This document shows positions 31,021 through 44,647 of a stretch of 64,000 nucleotides of DNA, one piece after another. How positions within the stretch are numbered: the first letter of the stretch is position 1; each line of letters begins with the position of its first letter. The notes beneath the pieces were generated by a model, which was given only the letters and a program-made list of their open reading frames with translations, was not told where the DNA came from and did not search any database. Made by a program: the position numbers and the translations under genes. Origin of the DNA: Eledone cirrhosa (lineage: Eukaryota); assembly GCA_964016885.1 (NCBI GenBank), contig OZ024746.1, forward strand, positions 54,436,001-54,500,000, written 5' to 3'.

Positions 31021-31515
31021 ATGTGTGCATGTATGTATATATATATACATACTACTGTACGTCTGTATACATATATGTATGTACGTGTACATATTTATAT
31101 TTAAGTAACAGCCGTACTAAGAGTGGGAAATGAAATTTCGTTTCATTTTTTCCGTTTATCGTTTTCGGTGCATCCAGCCGATTACCCCACTCGATATGCA
31201 AATTGGGCTACTCAGCCGTTAATATGCATAAGGTAAGTATAAACGTTCAACAATCTGGCAGGAAGGTATACGTTGCTGACGATAGCTAATAAGCTTGAAA
31301 CTAGTACAGCGTTCCTTTGTCAGTGTTGAACAAACGAGCAACGATGGTTGCTAGACACTACGGCTTAATACGAGATTTTTGTTTACAAACACACCGAGCA
31401 TTATAATAAATGTTCGGTGAATCCATACATACATATATACGTGTGTGCATGTATGTATATATATATACATACTACTGTACGTCTGTATACATATATGTAT
31501 GTACGTGTACATACT
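31021..31515 (+). repeat. Dispersed copy of the HHR tandem-repeat family (further pieces at 1-125 and 33669-33925)
   Basis: Reverse-complement match to the 57157-58394 units. Confidence 0.85.
31271..31311 (+). ncRNA. Minimal type I hammerhead ribozyme (satellite family)
   Basis: Stem I cgttg/cagcg, core CUGACGA, stem II agct-aata-agct, GAAA, palindromic ctag stem III, GUA cleavage triplet. Confidence 0.8.
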
Positions 31516-31562
31516 TATATATATATATATATATATAGATATATATATGTTTATATATATAC

Positions 31563-31658
<96 letters not shown>

Positions 31659-31661
<3 letters not shown>

Positions 31662-33284
31662 TCTGGTTTCTCGGACCCATGGCTTTTTACATATTCCTTT
31701 GTTATATTCCAATACCTGATGATATCACCGGATTCATATGGAACCCGGTCATTGAAATGATCATAGTATAATAAACCTTTCAAGGATTTACACCAGTCCA
31801 ACCTCCTGTTATTTCATTTATAATTAACTCCGTATTCGCACCACCAACTACACAAACGAAGATGGGTGAACTGCGCTGCGTTGAGTACTCTTCACAATAT
31901 CACACCAGGATTGACCATACGGAATGACCAGATCTATCCAGTGGTGAACCAACAAACCTTAAGAAATAATGCTCCTATAATGTTGAGCACTTCAAAATGT
32001 AATATTGAGCAGCGGCTCTGACTTCAGTGTACAGCTATTACCAGCATGGGATTAACTGATCTACTTGCCATTCGCGTTCTGGCTGCTCTGCGCCTTATCT
32101 ACCGCCCCCTGATACCACTTCCTGATACCACTTGTATTGTATTGACTGTATTCTCTACTCTATATCTCAGGACTTTTTGTGACTCGCACAGAATTCGGAA
32201 CCCGAACTTTACACTAGGTACAATCTGTTACCATTCTATCTCCTCCATCCTCTATATATGTATCTATATGTACAACTTATATTATCTTACAACTTGATCT
32301 ATATTGACTCTTATTTACCTTTATTAATTTTTTTACTATCTCATTAATGTATATTTTATTATTTTATTGTTTTCTATTATTTTATTAATGTATTTTTATC
32401 AATGTATTGGTATTTTTTTGTAACTTTTCCTTACTCAGGTTATTATGCACCTTCATAGCCCCCTACCCACCTAAGAACCACACTTCCTATAACCCGGACT
32501 AACTGGGACTTTAAAATAATTTAAAATAACTTTGATTTATTTGCACTTTTCATTGTTTGACTTGTGTGGTGGCTTTTTCCCGGCTGTGCGTTGGGCACTC
32601 GGAAAGTTCAGTGCTCGGAAAAATAAATTTCTCCTCTTTCGGTAAATGAAATTACTTGGAAAGGCTTGCTCTGCCCTAGTCCCACCGTGCCGCCTGTTTG
32701 GCCGCCTATTTATACCTGTACCTACAAACTCCAGGTTTGGGCACAACTATTAGCTGAATCATGCCTCTATTGACTCGTAAATAAACCCCTAATGTGTGAT
32801 ATAATAGTATTCGTGGTATAGACGATGGCCTGTCGAAATTGCTAGCGATCCCGGGGCCGAAGTTAGCTACGTTCCTAGAGTACTCGGAAAAATTAATTTC
32901 CATTTCTTTCGCTGGACCACTCGAGACTGGCTGACTCGTGGTGGTGGGTGTGCTGGCTGGGACTCTCAATCGAAATCTTTACTCTATATCCCATCCTAAT
33001 ATCTTATCGAGTTAATTAAAAACAATTTTTTTCATATAAGACTCTCTCCGTAAGTTCGTCAATAAATCTCGCTACCTCTAATTTTTTAATTTACCATTTT
33101 GCAATATAATATTTTTAATTTAATTTATTTCATCCTATAACTAGCAACATAAGTTTAGCGTTCCAATCTTCGGTTCACACATTAGACCATACAGACACCC
33201 ACTATAGATTCTTTGGGTAGCATTTTTTTCGCGGCATTTTCTAACATGAATGTAGTTTGACCCTTACACTACACTTCTTTCTCC

Positions 33285-33329
<45 letters not shown>

Positions 33330-33619
33330 CCTTCTTCTTTGACGGAGTGGTGGTAGTACATGATAGGCCTGCGCCCCCTTACCAGATATTCACTGGTAGT
33401 TTTCGGTTGCCAACACTTTGAGGGTGGCTGGCTGTGAAGCTAGTTGGTCAGCCGCCCTCTCTGTCTCTGGTTTCGCGGACCCATGGCTTTTTACATATTC
33501 CTTTGTTATATTCCAATACCTGATGATATCACCGGATTCATATGGAACCCGGTCATTGAAATGATCAAAGTATAATAAACCTTTCAAGGATTTACACCAG
33601 TCCAGCCTCCTGTTATTTC

Positions 33620-33624
<5 letters not shown>
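31659..33624 (+). mobile_element. Non-coding element with ~163-bp HHR-bearing direct repeats (pLTR/retrozyme-like)
   Basis: 31659-31822 is repeated at 33463-33624 (period 1804 bp); no long ORF; (TA)n on both sides. Confidence 0.8.
31712..31769 (+). ncRNA. Type I hammerhead ribozyme (second copy 33516-33573 has a mutated cleavage site)
   Basis: atac-CTGATGA-tatcaccgg..ccggtcatt-GAAA-tgatca-TA-gtat. Confidence 0.8.
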
Positions 33625-33673
<49 letters not shown>

Positions 33674-33920
33674 AACAAACGAGCAACGGTGGTTGCTAGA
33701 CACTACGGCTTAATACGGGATGTTTGTTTACAAGCACACCGAGCATTATAATAAATGTTCGGTGAATCCATACGTGCATATATATATGTGTGCATGTATG
33801 TATATATATATATACATACTACTGTACGTCGGTATACATATATGTATGTACGTGTACATACTTATATTTAAGTAACAGCCGTACTAAGAGTGGGAAATGA
33901 AATATCGTTTCATTTTTTCT

Positions 33921-34016
<96 letters not shown>

Positions 34017-34017
34017 G

Positions 34018-34059
<42 letters not shown>

Positions 34060-34213
34060 ACTTAGATGTATTCCAGTTTTACACACACACCACCACCACC
34101 CCACTCTCAAGAGCGTGAAACTAATAAACCTTTGTTCATACTGCCTCTCTGTTTTGTTCCCGTTCAATTTTTTATATATATATATATAAACGTATATATA
34201 TATATAAATACGC

Positions 34214-34309
<96 letters not shown>

Positions 34310-35829
34310 AATACAAATTCACCGAGAATCGCATTTCGGCGGGTATATATATATATATACAAACACGTAGATATGGTATACATGCAAACGTACATGCATG
34401 CACATTGTTTTGGCGTAGTTATGATTGTTATTATACGATGTGATGATGTGATGACATAATGATGTGTCGCGTCATGGGCACATGACTATGTTGTTAAGCT
34501 TTCTCTTCTCGACAGTTTTACTAAAGATCTTATTGCAAACTTCATATAGCCTCCAGTGAATCTATGCACTGTATCAATCAATGAGGCCACGCAATTTACC
34601 CTTCAGCTCATTTCATTCCTTTCCTTCATAAGATGTTCTATCCTTATTTCATTTTGCTTTTGTTTTGCTCATTTTCTCTTCTATTCATTTTCTATATTTC
34701 GATTATCTTGAGTTGCTTTTCTTGCTTTCTATTCCTGTTGCAACTAAATATTTCTATCGTGAATTTTTGATAAAACCTTCTTTGTCAACAGTCACGAAAC
34801 TATTGTCAAATTCATTTTTGTGAAAGAAAGATTATTTTAAGATTTTGTTGTTGTTGAACATTTCTCTGTGTTGTGTGTTAGGGAAAAATTTGTTGAAAAG
34901 TTGTTGTTAAAATGATGGATTCTTCATCGTTTTCGATGATGAGCATTCGAATGCCTAGTACGTGAACTAGGCCATGTTTAATATTCTGAATGTAAGTTAT
35001 TGATGCTCCGTCGAGTTTGATGATGCGCATTCAGTCCTTTTTAACCAAACGCCCAACTTGTGAAATGTAACCACGTTTAATATTCTAAATGTACACAATT
35101 TGGACATTGAGAATTACGTTATTCGACCAAGTAAGGCTTAAAATCCAGGATTGATTGTAAATGGTTGAGTATTGCATATATATGTGTAGAACCTATCTTG
35201 GTTTGAATCAGCTTGATGCCAGCTGTGACAAGGGTGTACTTTTAAATTACATCTACAATACATCTACAATATATCTGGAATGTATTGTATAAGTGGTTGT
35301 ATATTATACAATGCATATTATACAATTTATATTATACAATGTATATTATACAATGTATATTTTACAATATATATTATTAAATATATATTATACAAGGCTG
35401 TACCTTTGGATTACATTTAAAATACATCTTGAATTAGCGTCTGTGGTTGTCTATTATACAAAAACGTGTATCTTTAAAGAAATTCACATGCCGGATCGCT
35501 ATGAAATATTGAGTAACAGAGTTAAACATTTAAATGTTAGACACAATCCATCTTGGATTAACATGTAACTAGTTCCCTACTCCGAACCACTGTGACAGAA
35601 TATGTTGGGAGTAATGGGTATAAGGTTTACGTATATATTTGCCTCCTTCTATTCCCCCCTCTCTCTCGCTCTCATTCCCCCTCTTTCTCATTATACATAT
35701 ACATACAAACATGAATTGCGATGGCATCTATGCTTTTTGAATTGTCGATCTAAATCGCCATATCCCCATTATACACACACGTATACACGCACACACACAC
35801 ATACACACATACACACACACACACACACT

Positions 35830-35911
<82 letters not shown>

Positions 35912-36449
35912 TATATATATATAAGGGGCATATATGTCAGGTCGCTCTCGAGTGCTACTGACAACATGTAGCCCAGTACAACCTGTTTCATGTTTGGGAT
36001 ATCTGTGACTAAACTGGTAACCCCAGCAAGCTTGCTTGGTGAGGAGAGTGAAAGTTGGACAACCTGCGGGATGAAATACAAGACCCGGCAAAGGACGGAG
36101 GAACTCGGCAGAGCCAACGGCCATCCAGATAGTACTTTTCTTTTTTCTTTTTCACCTGGGAGTGAAAGGCCCCCAGTTGTTGTCACAACACCTTTATAAG
36201 AGACGGAAACTGTGAAAAAAAAGCTGCGGCTTCGGAAGCATCCGATGATGTTGACCAGTTCTCCTTTTCTGATAGTGTTTTCGATGCTCAGTGAGTGGGA
36301 TTGGTCAAGCGCAAGGCCTTTCCCCATTTCAAAGACCTTCAAAGCACGAGCATTACTTGTTCAGGATCTGTTACAGGTTCGTGTGGTTGGCCGTAGCCTA
36401 AAAGTGCACCATTTTCTGTAATCTGACAAGCGATTGCAATACTCTTAGC

Positions 36450-36490
<41 letters not shown>

Positions 36491-36494
<4 letters not shown>

Positions 36495-38852
36495 AGGATG
36501 AATATAAAATGAAAAAATGAAAGTGCTTTTTTTAAAAAAGGAATTTATTAGGTATTGACATATGTTTCTGTAACAGACGGAATACCTATGTATCGCTGCT
36601 TGCGTAATCATATAATGTTAGCAAGTATTCGATAGCAAATGTATAATCAGTTGTCACTTCTTCAGAGATTTTGGATAAACTGGATAAAATCAGAAAAATT
36701 GAAATATTTATATTAGTAATAGAGCAAGAAACAGAGGGGATAGTATATGACAGATGGTAAATTAATTTACTGCTAAAGAAGTATATAATGGGTTTCTAAT
36801 GAGAATACCATGAGTAAATCTAAATAAGAATTTTGGGAGTGCCAATTTTAATCTCTACTTGACCAACTGGACAGTGGACAGGGCTGGTCATTTGGTGCAG
36901 TAGTATTAATTATAACGTGTCAATTGGGGAAGGGGGAGATTTCGATTGCTACTAAATAACATCAATGCTAGTAGCCAGCTGGTATATGCATTAGGGAATT
37001 GAATCAAGAAATCAGAAATCTCATTTTATCTATAGCAGTTTGTATTAAAAGGTAAATAATAGAAGAGTTGATAGAATTAAGACTAATAAAGAATGTTAAT
37101 ATCTATTTTGACAATCAAACGGGGATAGAGACAGGCGTTCAATCCTGGTAGTATTTATAATATGAAAATGTAGATTTTAAGCGATGGTTACAGTATAACG
37201 ATCGCTCTATTCTGTTATTCAATAAAATGTTTTTGGATTTCATAATACAAAATAATTCCACATTACATAATTTACAAAATTCCTGTCACGGATTATGGGG
37301 GGGGGGGGGGGGGGGCAACGCTATTATATCCCATTTTAGGTGAAATTGTTGGTTATTTTCACGCAGCTGCCAAGCCTTGTCTGCGAGTGTTGTTACATAA
37401 CGCTGGTTTTCATGTTTTATCGAGTAACGATGTCTATAAAGGCGTGATTTGAAGGAGGTGGCTGTAGATCCCACATAGTACCACTTCTGTCTATCTGATT
37501 CGATAGTACATTTGTATACGATGTTGCGTTCAAGACACTGATTGTTCAACGGACACATTCCTGGTTGGACACTGTTGCAATTATAATTTTGCGTTGTTGT
37601 ATTGCCATGGATGGGTTGATGAGTTTGCTTATGTAGGACAGGATGTTGTTTGTTGTTTTGTGATTTTATAGCTAATGTTTTACGTGTATTGTTATGTTTT
37701 GGAAGGCGTTTATACAACCGTTTTGCGTTAAGCTTTTTTATATGTTGTTCAATATTAGGGGCGGTTGAATATGAAAGTCGAGTAGTGTTAGGGTTTAAGA
37801 TTTTATTATATTTATGTGATGTTGGAAAGTGTTTTATAACTAATCGAAAGAATGTTGAGGGTAGATTGGTTTTAATAGAGTTGTTATAGACCGGGTTGTA
37901 CCAAATATACTCCTTACATCGCCTTCTGTTTGGTGGTGTGCGACTATTATTGTATCTATGGACAGGAATTTTGTAAATTATGTAATGTGGAATTATTTTG
38001 TATTATGAAATCCAAAAACATTTTATTGAATAACAGAATAGAGCGATCGTTATACTGTAACCATCGCTTAAAATCTACATTTTCATATTATAAATACTAC
38101 CAGGATTGAACGCCTGTCTCTATCCCCGTTTGATTGTCAAAATAGATATTAACATTCTTTATTAGTCTTAATTCTATCAACTCTTCTATTATTTACCTTT
38201 TAATACAAACTGCTATAGATAAAATGAGATTTCTGATTTCTTGATTCAATTCCCTAATGCATATACCAGCTGGCTACTAGCATTGATGTTATTTAGTAGC
38301 AATCGAAATCTCCCCCTTCCCCAATAGACACTTTATAATTAATACTACTGCACCAAATGACCAGCCCTGTCCACTGTCCAGTTGGTCAAATAGAGATTAA
38401 AATTGGCACTCCCAAAATTCTTATTTAGATTTACTCATGGTATTCTCATTAGAAACCCATTATATACTTGTTTAGCAGTAAATTAATTTACCATCTGTCA
38501 TATACTATCCCCTCTGTTTCTTGCTCTATTACTAATATAAATACTTCAATTTTTCTGATTTTATCCAGTTTATCCAAAATCTCTGAAGAAGTGACAACTG
38601 ATTATACATTTGCTATCGAATACTTGCTAACATTATATGATTACGCAAGCAGCGATACATAGGTATTCCGTCTGTTACAGAAACATATGTCAATACCTAA
38701 TAAATTCCTTTTTTAAAAAAAGCACTTTCATTTTATATTCATCCTTTCTACATTTTCTCCGGAATATAATTTATACTCGTTGAGCAAACCTGCACGTACG
38801 CTGTTCATCTCTAACGTAACGATATATTATCACTACATTATTGATAACCTGA

Positions 38853-38858
<6 letters not shown>
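36491..38858. mobile_element. Penelope-like element with ~790-bp inverted arms (36491-37287, 37961-38749) and tail
   Basis: Arms align as reverse complements; the spacer encodes a PLE endonuclease region; (TA)n flanks. Confidence 0.9.
37288..37930 (-). pseudogene. PLE linker + GIY-YIG endonuclease fragment (Neptune-like)
   Basis: IWYNPVYNNSIKTN, NC..CPLNNQCLERNIVYKC..YYVGST..FKSRLYRH..KWDII; truncated at a poly-G run. Confidence 0.85.
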
Positions 38859-38932
<74 letters not shown>

Positions 38933-39023
38933 TGCTCTACGGTTCTTATATATTTGATATATATTTATCCTTATGGAGCCCTCTTTGGATTTTAGTCTTC
39001 AAATTTATTATTATTACTATTTT

Positions 39024-39063
<40 letters not shown>

Positions 39064-39101
39064 GTGGATGAATACCTCAACAGGTACAATGTTCGCTACT
39101 T

Positions 39102-39134
<33 letters not shown>

Positions 39135-39822
39135 ATGTGTGTAGGGGGCATATATGTATATATTTATATATAAGGTCCTCATTGAGGATGACTGACCATG
39201 TTTGCACCTGGAAAAACCCCACCACCATCACCACATCTACCACAAACGACAACACCAACAAAATCGTTATATACACCGACAACTACGGTGTATTCAATCC
39301 GGTATGTTTGATGTTTTGCCGCTAGATGAGAGAAAAATAGTTATATGGGAGGTTAAACACGCAACAATACGAAAAGAGGAAAATAATACAATCTAGATTA
39401 ATTGCTTCAAGTTTATGAATAAATATGACTCTTATTACTGTTAGAATTATAACCTTTACTGATTATGTTGTTATTGTTATGTGGGTTAGTTCTACCTACC
39501 TTCCTACCTAACTATGTCTTCTTCTTCTTCTTCTTCTTCTTCTTCTTCTTCTTCTTCTTCTTCTTCTTCTTCTTCTAAACCAATGACAGGCTTTATGTAT
39601 GTCTGGTGTGTGTGTGAGTATGTCTGTATGTGTACGTGTGCGTGTGTGAGTGTGTATGTATATGTATGTGTGTGAGTGTGTGTATCTGTGTGTGTGTGTT
39701 TCTCCGGTTGTGTATGTGTGTTGTTCTTTTTTATCTCTTTGTCATATTTGATGAAATATTGATGACCCTCGATCATGCATCTGCTATTGACCGCACTCAC
39801 ACACACACACACACATAGACAT

Positions 39823-39883
<61 letters not shown>

Positions 39884-39988
39884 TGCAACCAATAAGATAT
39901 TTATATACAGGTGCATATGTACTTACCGACTCACAAATACACCCTCACTAATATATATATGTATATGCATACACACACACACACACAC

Positions 39989-40048
<60 letters not shown>

Positions 40049-40049
<1 letters not shown>

Positions 40050-40258
40050 CAGCAATAACATAAACAGGTACTTAAGGTTTGTTGGGTTTTGTACCATAAC
40101 TCATTATTTTTTTTTATTTTCTTATGACAGCCTGAATGAGTTGGGGTCCAGAACCCAATGGAACTTAAGTACCTGTTTATGTCACTGTTGTAATTATTTA
40201 TGCTAAACTCGTTCTATGGACTGAGTGCTCTTGCCCTTGGATATTTACTACAGTAAAT
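40049..40258 (+). mobile_element. Small fold-back element with degenerate HHR
   Basis: acagc-ctgaatga-gttggg..cccaat-ggaa-cttaag-ta-cctgt; short inverted piece at 40049-40077; gagtgctc in the tail. Confidence 0.55.
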
Positions 40259-41010
40259 ATATATATATCCTCTTCCTGCTATATCAAGCGTTAACCTAAT
40301 ATAGACCTTGCATATACTGTACCGATTGTGTTGTTATTTTTGTTTACCTTTTACATACATGTATATATATATATAGTAATAATAATAAATGTGAAGCCTA
40401 TATATACAGTTATCAGATAGGGTGTGGTAAAATACCAGCCGGACCATAACCCAGAGTACTCGATACTTGGGGCAGTGGAGTGGGTAATATGAAAAGATTA
40501 TATATATATATATACACTATCGAGCATCTGATTCTCACGATCCCACCAATACAATATGTTTATCGACATCGAAAGGATGAGTGGCACTGTTGACTCAACC
40601 GTGTCCTGTACTGAGAGTGCCGCGAGCTGGAACAAATAGCCAGACATCAGATCTGACGCTATGAGGTCTCTGCCAATTCACCACTCACTATTATCCATAC
40701 TATATAATATTGAGAATAGTTTTCTATAAATGAAACAAACAGAACATTATTTCGAAACAAAAATGAAATTTATTCAATATAGATCAATTTTCAACGTTTA
40801 AAAATAGTTCATATTTAATGTCTGGCTAGGAATAAAAATAATTGTATTTTCTCTCTTATGATTGTTGTTATCGATGTATCTGTATATGTTGTTCTGGTTG
40901 TTGTTATTATTAATGGTATTGTTGTTCCTGTATGTGTATAAGTTGTTGTTGTTATTGTTGAAGGCGTTTTTAGTGATGTACATACACAGGCGCACACACA
41001 CACACACACG

Positions 41011-41061
<51 letters not shown>

Positions 41062-42299
41062 TGATTTTGTTATTGTTGATCTATATGTTGTTGTACATGA
41101 TGATGATGATGATGAGGAAAATATTGACGTATACTATCAATATTCACAGTTGACGTCTTCTCTTTACTTTTCCTTCCTCTAAATCTCTGACTATTTATAC
41201 AGCCAAAAAATAACCGAATACTTAAATATTTAACTCTTATTATGCTATATGATTTACAAGAAAATATATGAAACTGTGTTTGTTTATTTAAATGTTTTGA
41301 GTATCTTTCCGAGTGAACAGACTGTTTTGAATATTTTCAATAAACTAAAGTTAAACTAGTTTTTATATGATGCAGTCATACTGCCGTTTTATACGTTTCC
41401 GGAAAGTATTACTAATATGAATTTTTGATTCAAATGTTTATAGTATCTTGGTTATTGGACAGATGGTTTTGAAAAGTTTCTGTATTAGTGTAAAGACATT
41501 TCTTTTGACGTGTTGCAGTAACAAAGCTCTTTTGTTCTTTTCAAGAAGGTCTTGCTAATATGGTTTAATGAAGTTTGTTTATTCAAATGTTTATAACATC
41601 ATTGATATTGGACAGAATGTTTAAAAAAAATTGGCAGTAAATTAAGGTAAAGACTTTAACATTTAATGTATTACAAACACAATGATATGTACTTTTCAAG
41701 AACGAGTTGCTTTATGTGGTTCTTTTCTAGAACGACTTGCTTATGTGGTGTACAATGTTATGTGTTAACACCTGACGGCCTGTACAACATCAACAATTAT
41801 GTTAGAGATTTTATTCACTGAAATTATTATCTCGATTTTGATAGGTTTATTTATAGTTGGAGGATGTAGAACTTAGAAGTAGGTGTGTAAAAGTGAATAT
41901 TATATGTGGTCTTAAGTTTACTCTAAAACGTTCCAGAGCATCTTCACTGAGTGACTGCAAACAGAATCTACATTTTCTGGACAGAAATCTATTTAGTTTA
42001 CACGAAATATTCATTATCTAATAAAGGCCTATATGTAATCATATACTATATAACAACGTATAATAACCATATGGATATCTCGGAGTGAGTATTTTAAGCA
42101 AAGGATATATGAAAACTAACTCAATATATGTGTAAGAGCACTATGCACGTATTTCAGAATATTTACTCATATATTATATATATATATATTATATACGACA
42201 CTGTGTTAGTGTTATCGCTAATTCATTATCTGGTTTGTACACGGAAAAAATTGCTTTAAGTAAAACGCACTGTGCAATTATAGATATAGCATCTAAATG

Positions 42300-44046
42300 T
42301 AGCAACAGACAGTATATCAGAAAAAAAGAATTAGGAAAACACAAGAAACACCAAGATATGAAAATAGATATTGTACGTATATGGACTATGAAAGAAGTTG
42401 AATGTGCGCCAGTCGTGTTGAGCGAACTTGGTACAATCAGGAAGATAACGAAGTCGTAGTTGGAGAAGATTGGGATAAAATTTGAACATATCTACTAAAT
42501 AAAACCACTTTATTAGGAACTGCAATGATCCCAAAAATGTATCTAGGGAATTGAGCTGATGAAAGAATCCCAAAGGACACGTTGTTATTGATTTTGACTT
42601 ACTCAAAGGATTGTAAAATGGTAAAAACGACACAAGATACGGCTGCGATATGAATAATAAAATGACGTCGTTGATGCGGATGATGGTGGTGATGATAATG
42701 ATACTGATGACGTTGATGATGATGATGCCCATGATGATGATTAGGATGATGATGATGATAAAAGTAATAATGCTTAAGGCTCTATTGAAGAAGGAGACGC
42801 TAGACCAGGGGATATCCAAGAAATAAGTAACAAAGAAGAACCTGAATGAAAAAGCCCTTCATAGCATCTCTGTGAAGACACAGTATTCAGAGATTCATAG
42901 ACTGGTTTAAGAAAGCTACAAAGGGAATGTTACTGGCTGCAGAGAAGCAAGCCTTCGAACGAAGTGAATGAAATACTATATTGACAAATAGGAAGCTAAC
43001 CCACTCTGTAGGATCTGTGGAGAGAGAGAGAGGGGAGGGCAGTTGCTCTCATCATATCCCTAACTCTAAACCTAACCCTAACCCTAACCTAGCACAAACT
43101 CTCGATAAAGGATGGAGTCATTACATCTTATAAAAACTGATCCACAGTAATTTATGCAATCTAAATAGATTACCTCAATCTGAGAAATGGTATGAGCATA
43201 AGCCAGAGTCAGTGTAAGAAAATGATCGAGTAAAGGTGCTGTGATATTTCAGGATACAAACTGATAAAGAATTGGAAAACAATAGGCCGGACCTGGTGGT
43301 TTTCAAAAGGAAAAATATCTTGCTTGATCATAGATGTAGCTTTCCCCTTTGACACATGAATACAAGAAAAGGAGGAGAAAATTAACCGGTACCAATATCT
43401 AAAGTAGGAACTGAAAAGGATTCGGGACTGTCATAAAATCGAGGTTGTACCCATCGTTTGAGCTTGGCTGGTTATGATTGGCGATCCAGCCGGATCATTT
43501 GGAGAAGGTTGCTTCTGACAGGACACACTGGAAGGAATGTTAGAGGACTCTGCCCCCACGACCCTCTACGGAAGAAGAAGAAGAAGAAGAAGAAGAAGAA
43601 GAAGAAGAAGAAGAAGAAGAAGAAGAAGAAGAAGAAGAAGAAGAAGAAGAAGAAGAAGAAGAAATCATAATGATAATGTAACTATAAGAGACAGTTGACA
43701 AAGATAAATAGCAGGAATAAACTAGGAAAAGTGACTTAAGAATTGAAACTGATGCCCTTACCGTCACCGCCTAGTGACTTAAAAATTGAAACTGATGCCC
43801 TTACCGTCGCCGCCTAGTGACTTAAAAATTGAAACTGATGCCCCTACGGTCACCACCTAGAATCAGTAACCGAGGACGAATTCTATCAAATTCAATATAG
43901 ACAAATTAGTGAATCCCCCTCTTTATAGGTTGTGTAGTGAGAAAGGTAAACAAATAAAACACATTCTAAGTGAATGTAAGATGCTTGCTGAGGAAGAGTA
44001 CAAAAGAAGGCACGAACACATTGCCAGATTAGTTAATTGAAAGCTC
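42300..44046 (+). pseudogene. Cluster of R4/Dong-like (restriction-like endonuclease) LINE remnants
   Basis: Fragments reading PLCRICGE, KWYEHKPES, FRIQTDKELENNRPDLVV, IDVAFPFD, EVVPIV, and a second copy HILSECKMLAEEEYKRRH; many stops. Confidence 0.7.
43730..43860. repeat. 3 x ~43-bp tandem repeat
   Basis: agtgacttaa(g/a)aattgaaactgatgccc(t/c)taccgtcaccgcct repeated. Confidence 0.85.
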
Positions 44047-44134
44047 TCGCCATCATTTAATTCAAGTTTGAATGAGCTGCTAACGAAATTCAAACGAATG
44101 GAAAGTTGATTGTGAGTATTAGTATGTATATATA

Positions 44135-44170
<36 letters not shown>

Positions 44171-44285
44171 TGTATGTATGTATGTATGTATGTATGTATG
44201 TATGTATGTATGCCTGTATGCTTATATATGTGTATGCTTGTTTATTCATTTATACACACACATACAAACAAACACACATACACAC

Positions 44286-44351
<66 letters not shown>

Positions 44352-44457
44352 ATATATATGCACACACAGAAGTGTATATAATTGTGTGTGAGCAAGTGTT
44401 AGTATGAATTTACCACCCTATTATACATGCATATATACATAAATACAAATACACACA

Positions 44458-44586
<129 letters not shown>

Positions 44587-44647
44587 CCTTATCCAGCCCT
44601 CTTTGGATTTTAGACTTCACATTTTTTATTATTACTATATATATATA

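Noticed and set aside
38583-38697. Hammerhead in the arms of the 36491 element
   Set aside because: ctgaaga and gaaa-catatg-tc are present, but the ggtatt/aatacc helix does not adjoin the core; no coherent fold by eye.
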